A stretch of 57,118 nt of DNA, filler included, from Basidiobolus ranarum (lineage: Eukaryota), in assembly GCA_040143965.1 (NCBI GenBank). It is 5 parts of 5 records of this genome, joined end to end, with 100 filler letters (N's around TTAATTAATTAA, not from the genome) between each part and the next. Parts side by side here need not be neighbours in the genome. Positions count along the whole stretch, not along the records: positions 34,366 to 45,694 come from JASJQH010007497.1; positions 45,795 to 57,118 come from JASJQH010007498.1; 3 more parts are not named here. One strand, 5' to 3'. Positions 38,961 to 49,600 of the stretch are shown in pieces; the first letter of the stretch is position 1; each line of letters begins with the position of its first letter. The notes beneath the pieces were generated by a model. That model saw nothing but the letters and a program-made list of their open reading frames with translations. It made no database searches and was not told where the DNA came from. Made by a program: the position numbers and the translations under genes.

Positions 38961-39395
38961 ATGCTTGCCTCTACTCTGATTTCACTTGCCCTGCTCGGCG
39001 TGGGACTTTCAGCACCGCTTCCTAATAATTGTGCCACTAATGTGGAAATCAAAGGACCCAACGTGATCCACGCCGGATGTACTATCAAGTTACAGTTCCG
39101 TATTCCCTCTCGTGAAGTTAGTACCGTTAATGGCTTGAAGGTGGAATTGTATTCTGCTGATTCTCGCCGTGGGGTTTTGGTGCATCAGGTAAATACCGTT
39201 GATATTCAAAGTCAGAAAGGTGCTATGGAAATACTATTCCCGATCACTAGTCGATTCATTGGTAGCAACACTTTGACCCTTACTGACATTCTGAAAAATG
39301 GTAAGACAAGCCACCCAGCCGGATGTCCATCAGTTTATGGGGTACATAAAGTCAAAGTACTACCATCAAGCTCTGATATTATGTGCATGGTTTAG
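38961..39395 (+). CDS. Small secreted Cys-containing protein, array subtype C (C1), 144 aa
   Basis: Signal peptide MLASTLISLALLGVGLSA, same 4-Cys pattern, TATAAAAG at 38885. Confidence 0.88.
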   Translation: MLASTLISLALLGVGLSAPLPNNCATNVEIKGPNVIHAGCTIKLQFRIPSREVSTVNGLKVELYSADSRRGVLVHQVNTVDIQSQKGAMEILFPITSRFIGSNTLTLTDILKNGKTSHPAGCPSVYGVHKVKVLPSSSDIMCMV

Positions 39396-40254
39396 CTGAA
39401 TTCTTGATTTTACTCAATCGATGGTAAATGCGTGTATAAAAAATATCTCCATCTTTCCATATCATATTGGTATCAACAAAACGTATACAAATAAACATGA
39501 TCCTTACTAGAAATTGCTTTAGGTTGTGTGTCATTTAATCTCTTCGTTCAAATAATTCCACAAATAGCCACCACGCACTTTGGAACTAATGTCTTGTTAG
39601 ACTATAGTGGTATATATTAAATAAGTATATACATATAAACACATCTTATTTCACGGATAATCTCAGAGTAGAATTATTGTTAGAAATTTGATAGAACACT
39701 GTATTCATCAAATTCCAACCTATTACGATGACTACATAGGGACATTTATCTAGTCACAATACTTTCTATGTAATTGAAGAAATAAGAAAATGAAAAGTAA
39801 CACTTATTCAGATTAAGAATATACATGGCTACGTTTTATCTATGGCTACTTCATAAGCAAATTCTCGAGCACTAGTCCATACAGCATCAGAAAGTTGTTA
39901 ACTATGTAATTCTCAAGCCAATTATTAGTTATGACCCAGTGAGGCACATAGTTTCAGATGGAAGATAGAAAGAATCTGTATAATGGGGTTTTGGAGTTTC
40001 CATAAGTTCTTTATCAGAAAGCTACACATGTATCCCACTCACTAATGAAATATTACACTTATACTCGACCGGTTTTCAACAAAATAGAATGAATCACATC
40101 AGAGCTTCCGGAGCGAAATGAAATTATTCTGATATAAAAGTGATGAAAGGCCCTAACAGTAACTGCATCATTAGTTGATGCATAGTAGCATTACTTACTA
40201 TTAGTTTCCTTCGCAATCCTCTTTCAATCAAGCACTTCAAGATATACACGCCAA

Positions 40255-40692
40255 ATGTTTGCTTCTACTCTGATTTCATTTGCACTGCTTGGCCTGGGAC
40301 TTTCAGCACCACTTCCTAACAACTGTGCCACTAATGTAGAGATCAATGGACCCAATGTGATACATGCTAGATGTAGTATGAAGTTACAATTCCGTATTCC
40401 AACTCAAGCGGTTAGTACTAGTACTGGTGTGAAGGTGGAGTTGTATCCTGCTGGTTCTCGCCGTGGGATTGTGGTGTATCAAGTAAATAGTGTAGATATT
40501 CAAAGTCAGAAAGGTGCTGTTGAATTACTGATCCCAATCACCAGTCGATTCATAGGCAATGACACTTTGATTCTCACCGAGAATTCTTCGAATAATGACC
40601 AGGTTAGATCTCCAAGAAAATGTCCTTCAGTTCATGGAGTTCACAAGCTGCTGGTACTACCATCCAGTCCCAACATTATGTGTATTTTTTAG
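40255..40692 (+). CDS. Small secreted Cys-containing protein, array subtype B (B2), 145 aa
   Basis: Paralog of B1 with duplicated upstream and downstream flanks. TATAAAAG at 40133. Confidence 0.88.
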   Translation: MFASTLISFALLGLGLSAPLPNNCATNVEINGPNVIHARCSMKLQFRIPTQAVSTSTGVKVELYPAGSRRGIVVYQVNSVDIQSQKGAVELLIPITSRFIGNDTLILTENSSNNDQVRSPRKCPSVHGVHKLLVLPSSPNIMCIF

Positions 40693-43207
40693 CTTGTCTT
40701 TATATACCCATAGAGAAACAGTGATTATTAGAGCATTTGCCTATTATGCTTCATATCTTAGACAAAATAATCTGTACGCTTTCAATAAAAGATGTTTTAC
40801 ATGGAGTTACCCTTAGTGCCGATCATAACCTTAACTAAATACGGCAATGTTTCAGACTAATTACTTGGCGTGGAATTGGGGCAGCCACATGGGAATATAG
40901 ATAGTCTGTTTGGGGAATCATATTCACAAGCATAATTCCATTATTGATATACTGTACCGGCTTTTATATCCAAGAATGTAACATTTGTATTTCTTTTTGT
41001 ATTAGCGAGGCTGAGTAACAGGCATCATTTGAAATTCTACTCAATGTTAAACAATGTAAGGTTTAATCGAAGTTTTTCTCATAAATCCGGTAACCAAGAA
41101 AAACATATCTTTCGATGACTCCGCGACGTTGAAAAACCGAGTATATTCATTAGCCCTTTTGACTTGGGGTAACAAGAAACTTTGCAAAATGTAAAAACTC
41201 ATGCAGTATTCGCATTAGCGCACCTGACTGAGTTGAAAAAAACTGAATGACTGGGTCTAGCGAAATATATATATATATATATAGGAATGTGTCTCTACGC
41301 TATCACTACTACGGTATTTTCAGACGTAAATTTCAGTAAACGTTTTTCTTGACTCTCTTTCTTCATCAATTTTCAAGAAATCAGAGTAGAAACAAACATC
41401 TTTTAAATCTGGATTTGTTTGAGTTGCATATGATTAGGAAAGAATCCATAATTGAACAATACTATGGTATATCAACTTTTGATGAGAATGCAGTCAGCAA
41501 ATGTTAACACTATTATACGCGAATTTATCAAGGTTCAAGGTTTGCCTATAAATGGCACTGTTTATTCCATGAAAGGAGTTACAGTTTCATATGTAACTGT
41601 AACTAGTCAAAGTACCAACTCTCCATTATTCTTACTCGACTACCTTCTATGGGAGATCAATTGCCTCACTAGGTCACAGCTGGTACATATCCTATGAAAA
41701 GCGAGTTTGTGACAAATCTACTAGTGTTATTTATCAGAGGTATAATAACTTCATAGATAAATCCCGAGCCTGGGTATTCATGTAGATTTGAACTAGTATT
41801 ATTTGTCTCGCATGCATATAGAGTTATAGTGGTATTACAGACAAATCCCGGGCCTGGGTATTCATATAGATCTGTGTTATATTCTACCTGTACCGTTGTG
41901 AGTAAAAAAGAAATTATTTTAATGGCGATTTGGAATGAATATTGGCCAATGTCAAGATAGAGCAACTTTATATATTTGATGCGGGATCTGAGTCAGGGAA
42001 CGCTGAAATTGCGGTTGTACACATACTTCACACTGACTGTTTAGAAGTAGGCTGAGTTAGAACTACAATACTGGATGAATAAGCCATCAGTTGTTTAATA
42101 TCGGTTGCGCTTTAGTGAAGAAATATTGGAACCCCGAAGCCCCACTACTTGGGCTTCTGAATCTAATTACTAAGCTGAAATAGTGCTGAGTAATTCTGGA
42201 AGGTCAAATTATTAACTACTAACAGGCTGATCTAAGTACAAACAAAGTAATCCACACCTATAGATTAGGCAGTTTGCTTGCTGATCATGAATCATGAAAA
42301 TAGTCATTTGCCTACCTAAAGCATCGGGATGAGTACAAAGTATTGATCATAGAATCACAGCCGCCATAAAATATTTGGCATGGTTAATTACCATCTGAAA
42401 AAATGGCTTTTTCAAATCTAGTGAAGATCAGTACGGTTGCAAATATATCGCGCATGATGCACTAACCAATAACAAATACTGGAACTTTTGATTAAATCGA
42501 GTTAGTCTAAGAAGCCAACATTTGCATTCGAAATAATCTTGGCGATACTATAGCTAATCTGCTTTCAGAGTCATATCGCTTTGGTAATTAACATCAGATT
42601 GAAAACATGAAATACAGGTAGTAGGAAATAGGGAATGGGGGATCTGAGGTTTCTTCAATATAGGCCACAACCAGTATTGACTAGTTGGTGGGTTATTCAC
42701 TGAGCATGCTTATAGTTCTTGATATTGCTGAGCATAGCCATGGATAAAAGCAACATAAATTTAGATGAGTTTCGAAACGTCGTGAAGTATGACAAATTTA
42801 TATCCAGAGTTATTTGTACCAGCAGTTACCAATAGAAACATAATAATTATGTTTGTATTTCAAACTCATATACTAATCCATTTGTCTCCAACAAGTTATT
42901 TATTACAGTAGTCCTAATACAAAATGTACCAACGAGACACGTAACCTCCAACAGAACGGAAGCCAGAAAATGGGGATTTCGAATTTCAATACCTTTCTCT
43001 ACATACTGAGTACCTACCACACTTACAAATAAGCGATATTCTAGAACCAACTTCAATCCCAATCATGCCGCTTCCCTTAATATAGGACGTGCCATGCTTC
43101 CAGATGAGCCACCCGAGGTAAGTGCTTGAGGTATAAAAGTGCTCACAATTTCTGTGTGAAGCTTCATCATTACGTTCTCTACTCTTGCACTTCAAGATAT
43201 ATTCAAT

Positions 43208-43642
43208 ATGCTTGCCTCTACTCTGATTTCACTTGCCCTGCTCGGCGTGGGACTTTCAGCACCGCTTCCTAATAATTGTGCCACTAATATGGAAATCAAA
43301 GGACCCAACGTGATCCACGCCGGATGTACTATCAAGTTACAGTTCCGTATTCCCTCTCATGAAGTTAGCACCGTTAATGGCTTGAAAGTGGAGCTGTATC
43401 CTGTGGGTTCTCGCCGTGGGGTTTTAGTGCATCAAGTAGATACTGTAGATATTCAAAGTCAGAAAGGTGCTATGGAAATACTATTCCCGATCACTAGTCG
43501 ATTCATTGGTAACGACACCTTGATCCTTACTAATGCCCTAAAAAACAAGAAGAATAGTCACCCTGCCGGATGTCCATCAGTTTATGGACAACACAAGGTC
43601 AAAGTGGTGCCATCAAGCCCTGATATCATGTGCATAGTTTAG
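43208..43642 (+). CDS. Small secreted Cys-containing protein, array subtype C (C2), 144 aa
   Basis: Paralog of C1 with a near-identical ~250-bp upstream region. TATAAAAG at 43132. Confidence 0.88.
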   Translation: MLASTLISLALLGVGLSAPLPNNCATNMEIKGPNVIHAGCTIKLQFRIPSHEVSTVNGLKVELYPVGSRRGVLVHQVDTVDIQSQKGAMEILFPITSRFIGNDTLILTNALKNKKNSHPAGCPSVYGQHKVKVVPSSPDIMCIV

Positions 43643-44278
43643 CTTATTTCTTAATTATTCGCAACGAATAGGAATGCACGTATTAGAGAGATCTACGTTT
43701 TCCTAGATCATATCGGTATTAATAAGACTCATACAATTAAACACAATGCTTGAAATAAATAATTCTAAAGTACCATTATTTGGGGAAATATTGTTATAAA
43801 TAAAATAAAAAAATATCTATATCAAGAATACCCAGAACCCGGATTTATTTATGATATCAATCCTAGCTGTATTACATATACTTACCTCTAGTCCATTTAA
43901 CATCGACAGGTTATTTCATATATCCGCCCCAAGATATACTTACGTATTCATGGCACTTTGAAGTAACCAATCCTCAATGGAATTCAAATAAGGATACTGG
44001 GAAATGGATGCTTTTACATGCTCTTTAAATTACTACAATGATATATTAGAAATATTCCAAATGCAATTTCAACTCGGTTGATCCTGTTTTCCGTAACATG
44101 AAATTGATCATGTATGTAGCTAAGCTTCTTGAGGCATTCCAACCCTAGTAGATATATGTATAGGAGTGCTCACATTTGCAAGCTGTATCCTCATCCTAAG
44201 CTGAAGTATTACCTCATTAATCAATTTCCAATTTTTTCGAGTGTATTTCACTTAAACACTTTGAGATATATATTCGAG

Positions 44279-44341
44279 ATGCTTGCTTCTACTCTGATTG
44301 CACTTGTACTCCTAGGCATAGGACTACCAGCATATTCCTGA
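44279..44341 (+). pseudogene. Signal-peptide-only relic of the array family
   Basis: MLASTLIALVLLGIGLPAYS*, preceded by a C-like leader (gtataggagtgctcaca..gagatatatattcgagATG). The mature-protein coding region is missing. Confidence 0.7.
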
Positions 44342-45453
44342 TTTTTACGACTGCTCGATAAAAGCATATAATCATCCTCAACGTCTTAAGCATAATTGGG
44401 CAAATAAGAAAATGAAAAGTAACACTTGCTCAAATTAGGAATATTCAGGGCCACGTTTCATCTATGGCTATTCCATACGCAAAATCTCGAATACTAGTCT
44501 ATCCGGTATCATCAAGTTATTGAATATGGACTCCTCATGCCAATTACTAGCTATGACCCAGCGAGGTAAATAGTTTCAGATGGAGGACAAAAAGAGTCCT
44601 TATAATGGGGTGTAGGAGATTCCATGAGTTCTTGGACCGGCAAAATACACTTACCTAACCCTCTTGAACTGTACTTATTGCCGATCATAACCTTAACTAA
44701 ATACGGCAATGTTTCAGACTAATTACTTGGCGTGGAATTGGGGCAGCCACATGGGAACACTGTTAGCCTGTTTGAGCTAATTATATTCACAAGCGTAACT
44801 CCATTATTGATATACTGTACCAGTCTTTATATCCAAGAATGTAACATTTGTTTTCTCTTTCGATGAGCGAGGCCGAATGACAGATCTCTTTTTAAATTTT
44901 CTCAATATTAAATGGCATCAAGTTGACCTGCCACATAAGTAACCAATTTCAGTGCACTGAACTATCTTAGGCACTTATTTACATGTTGTGGATTACTGAG
45001 AGCATTTAGTCTACATGAATAGGAATAATCTAAAAGGAGGAGCTTTGTGTTAGAAATAATCCGAGATGGATACTCCATTAGTAATACTCAGCACCCCATT
45101 CCAAAAATCACTCGATGGATAATGAAAGAGCGCTTTAGCTGATCCACATCCTAGAATTACTCAGTGCCATCTCAGTTTAGTAATTAACTCGAAATAGAAG
45201 ACACAATAAAGTACAAGTAATGAGGAATGAGAGTTCTGATATTTCTTCAAAATAAGCCACAACCAGTATTGACTAACTGATGGTTTATTCATCAGGTATC
45301 TTAGCTCTAGCTAGGCTTGTGCTTACTGAGTCTGAGTGAAGCATGTGTCCCATAAATAAATCTAGTATAAAAGCGCTTCTAACTGCGTACTGGTGGTGTT
45401 ATTCGAAGTTCTTATATTTTGGCATTACTCGTTTGTGCCATATCGCTGTCAAA

Positions 45454-45694
45454 ATGATTGCTTCAGCTTTGCTTACTCTCACAATGCTTAGTCTGGGTTT
45501 TGCAGCACCACCTCCCAGAATCTGCACCACTAATGTGGATATCAATGGTCCTAATGCGATTCATGCTGGATGTTCTATAAAGTTACAGTTTTGTATCCCC
45601 TCTCCGATACTTAACACTGTAAGTAGCCTCCATGTGAAGTTATACCAAGCTGGTTCTCACCGTGGTGTTGTAGTGCATCAAGTAAACTCTGTAG
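45454..45694 (+). CDS. Small secreted Cys-containing protein, array subtype A (A2), cut by contig end
   Basis: Nearly identical to A1 over 241 bp (about 4 substitutions seen). TATAAAAG at 45366. Confidence 0.85.
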
Positions 45695-45794
45695 NNNNNN
45701 NNNNNNNNNNNNNNNNNNNNNNNNNNNNNNNNNNNNNNTTAATTAATTAANNNNNNNNNNNNNNNNNNNNNNNNNNNNNNNNNNNNNNNNNNNN
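45695..45794. other. Artificial contig linker
   Basis: N44-TTAATTAATTAA-N44. Confidence 0.98.
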
Positions 45795-46004
45795 GTCACT
45801 CCCAAATGGATTAAAATCGTGATGGTTTTCCTATAATAACAATCCTCAAATTTCTGTTATGGATATATTAGAGTAAATATCATCAAAATTGATCATGCCA
45901 GAGGATGTTGCATAGTGCCAAATTGTCCTGCATTGATTTTAGATTAGTTTATCGAATATGATCTAAACAGCACAATCTGGCACTATCATAGGGAACAAGT
46001 GTTT

Positions 46005-46250
46005 TAGTCAAGTTGTAAATAAACTAACATGTAGAATGTGTTGAGGAAGGTTCCGGAAATATGCATGCAGAGTTTGGTGCTTCTAGCTCAAGTATCAAAG
46101 ATCTACATATCTGAGAGCTTCTAAGTTGGTGAAAATATTCCAAGTAAATTCCCATTGGGAATAAAGGATAATATCTTAGTGAAATATGAGATACCCAAGT
46201 ACTGAACTAAATATAACTATATAGGTGTTTAGGCATGTTAATTTCAATGC
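46005..46250 (+). repeat. Dispersed repeat R1, copy 3
   Basis: Colinear with 165-420 (aaactaac..agaatgtgtt..gtttgg.gcttctagc.caagt..gataatatcttagtgaa..ctatataggtgtttaggca). Confidence 0.8.
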
Positions 46251-47246
46251 TCTGATCATGCTGTTGCCTTCAGTCTTGATAGTTTTGTTGTGGGTAAACA
46301 TCCAATGGGCAAATCCTATTGGCAGTAATTTAGCTATATTTAAATCTTGCAACAGCTGAGCACATAAATAGTATATACTTTGTAGTGCTCTGACTAATAT
46401 CTGGTTCAAAATCCCCTGCAATATCAACAGCTTTCTACAGCCCTGATGGATGAGTTTCACCTACTTTGCAGCAGAGTAAGTATGGAGGGTCATATAGTTA
46501 AAGGGTACTAAGTACTAACATCCAAGGTTGTGTAACTTATCCCTTATCCATAAAACTTGTCTGAATATCTATTCAGTTTATCATTGTTGTTAAATAGTCA
46601 CCTGCTCTTATCCAGTAACTCTACCTTCAGACTTATCACATGACTAAGCTTATCCTATTGATCATATCTTATGACTAACCACATGAGCAATATCCAATCA
46701 GTGCTAACCTCTGAGGCATCTGTCTAGACACAAGTCAATAGAAGTCACAAGATTCATAACCAATGATCTTTCACTGCCAAGACTACAGCTGATACCCAAC
46801 TCATATATCAATCAATCTATCTGTCCAATCACATTATTTTTTATCAGAATTAGTCTTCTTTTATATTGGCACTGATTAATTCACTTTGCTATCACAAGCA
46901 GTTTAAATCAAGTTAAATTAACCTTTTAGTTTAGTGTGTGTCTTAACAAATAAAGGCATATCATCTCCAAAGTGGGTAGTCACACACAACATGGTCAGAA
47001 CAAAATGGTTTTATAATTGAAGGTTTAAGAGTTCGGAAAGGTTGTAGGATGAAATGTTATCTGAATTATCTATACATGAGTATTAGGGGTGGCTTAGGGG
47101 GAAGGTTTAAGTGGAATGTTGGTTTATCATTTCATCGGATTCACAAAGTAATGATGGGGGTGTTTGCCATATGCAAAGAATTAAAGACAACATACTAATA
47201 ATAAACTGATGGCATAGGCGGTTAGTGTAACAAAACTGGAGGTGCT

Positions 47247-49600
47247 TTAACGAGAGTCCGGCTCCCCAGTATCTTCTTCATCTTCAGCTAAAAGTTCACG
47301 TGCTTGCTCCACAAGTTTTAGCAATTCTGAAGATGGACATGTTTGTTGGATAAATGGATGCTAATGATTGAAAAGGTTAACCACCTAAACGTACTATGAA
47401 TATCAATCGAGTGTTAATTACCTGTAGAAGCTCGATGGCGGTTGGTCTCTGGTCAGGATTGAGATGGGTGCATTGCTTTAAGAAGTCCTTGAACGAATCC
47501 GACCATTCGGCCTCTTCCTTGAATTGAGGTGAACCGTGGGTAGCAATTAAAAACAAAGCCTAAATACAGATTACGTAAGACGCATGTAGTGGTGTAGATC
47601 AATCCTATAGTAAAGTTACCCGAAGTGGAGGATACTCAATGTATGGTGGTGCCCCCTGAGCCATCTCGATTGCTACAATTCCTAAGCTCCAAATATCAAC
47701 CTTGGTGGTGTACGCTAGTCCTTTCACAACTTCAGGAGCCATCCAATAAGGTGTACCAATGACCGACTTTCTAGTGGGATGAGCTTCATCAAATTGGGTA
47801 GAATGTCCGAAATCAGCTAGATTGATTGGGAATTAATGGTTAGTATTGCAACCACTTTCACAGGTAAATCCAGGCATCTCACCAATTTTAATGACACCTT
47901 CCGAGTTGATAAGGATATTGTCGCTTCGGATATCACGATGAGCTCGGTCTAATTGGTGAAGATGAGCCAACCCGGCGAGGACATCACGACATATCACAGC
48001 GATGTGAGTTTCGCTCAAGCGGATGTCAGGATAGCAAGAAATAATATCGGCTATCGATCCCACATCCATATATTCCATGACAATCTGAGGGTGGACATGT
48101 TTGTTAGTTAAAATGGCTGACTTACATGTGACATTAACTAATAGACCTACCCAAAGTGATCCGCTCTGTGCATAGCATCCGTAGTATTCCACCACGTTGG
48201 GGTGGGAACTCATTTTCATCATTAAGATCTCGTTACGAATTGAAGACAACTTATTCGTCATTTCTTCGGGGATAATTTTAATCGCCACCTTGATAAACAA
48301 TGTCAGTATCAAGCTACGAAATCTTCCCTGACCATTGTACTTACCATTTTACCAGTGGTTCCTTTCTGAGCCACAAACATATCTCCAGATTCACCCTCGG
48401 CAAACTTTTGTAAATCCACATAGATTTGGCTGGGATCACCAAGATTAACAAGTTCCGCTATATATGAATTTTCAATCAGTCTCAAAGTTTGAAAACAAGT
48501 CCATGCTATTGCTTTTTACTTACCCAAGTCATAAGTATTTACCAACTGAGCCGCTGCCGCATCGGCTTCAGAGGCTTCGATACGACTACCAACAAATACG
48601 GGGGTTGAAGATTTAGGAGATAGGTTATGTTGGGATTTCCATCGACCTCCAGATGTTTGTGATTTAATGGATTGTCGTAAAGATTTAAAAGATTGTGAAG
48701 GAAGTTCTGGTGAGCTGCATTCATCATCCATTGGTAAGAACGTCCCACGTTTAAGATACGATTGCTCCCGATGAGCTTCCATGATTTTTTCTACCGCACC
48801 TGGATGAGCCTGAACATCATCCTCGGTTATCCCAGATTCATTCAGTAAGATCACCCATTCAGTCGGCAGGCCCTAAAAATACAGATTAGTATAATATTCG
48901 TAGTTAAAGCTTCACATTTAAAGAATCATTTACCTCCCCCTGGTTGTTGGCATCAATATGCAGTTTGTGCTTCACATTAAACGGGTGACTGATTAATCCA
49001 AGTTCTAGAAGATAAAAAGTCAATCACTTACAATCGACATGCATATTCCTAAAATTCCAAATCATACCTATAGGAGTTTTATTTACAGAGTTTTGCTGGT
49101 GGTGATTTTGCTGTAATAGGTGCTGAGGCAGTGGCGGAACTAATGAAGGATGTATGTATTTAGTGTTCAGCAAGTCATCGCTAGGTATAGTTTTATGCCA
49201 AACATCAGGAACGCCCTTTAAAGTAGTAAACTGGTAAGTCAACCGATGATAAGAAGTAAACTTTTCTCAATAAATAAAAATAACATACCATAAATTTTCC
49301 ACTTTCTGGATTAAACTCCATATGAACCCCATGTTCAATATCCGTTGGTCGTCCAATGGTTTGAATTACACCAGTAGGAAATAGTGCCTTTCGTGCTTTG
49401 TTAAGTTGGTTTTTAGACCGACTAAAATGTCGAGATAAAGATGGTCCGTCCCCTCTATCTCCTGAGCTAGAACCAGTTCGGTTTAACATCGTATCACTAT
49501 GACTCAAGTTCCGATAATGGGAACCAAACTCTTGGCGCTTCCCGTACGACCGCTTGGAGCGGTCGCGTTCATTATCGTGAACTGAACAAGCCGACCCCAC
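47247..49600 (-). CDS. PAK/STE20-family kinase with two CRIB (PBD) motifs, multi-exon, start codon uncertain (ATG 49489 or an upstream exon)
   Basis: CRIB1 IGRPTDIEHGVHMEF..GVPDVW; CRIB2 ISHPFNVKHKLHI..GLPTEW; kinase motifs AEGESG, VAIK, HRDIRSDNIL, DFG, GTPYWMAPE, DIWSLGI. Stop at 47247-47249. Confidence 0.88.

Noticed and set aside
38625-43195. Duplicated minus-strand ORFs 38625-38948 and 42986-43195 as a second gene family
   Set aside because: They are antisense readings of the duplicated subtype-C promoter, and their frames diverge between copies.
17917-45694. Apparent biosynthetic cluster: ABC transporter + NRPS + secreted-protein array
   Set aside because: The three lie on different contigs joined by artificial linkers, and ADP1 is a conserved housekeeping-type ABCG.
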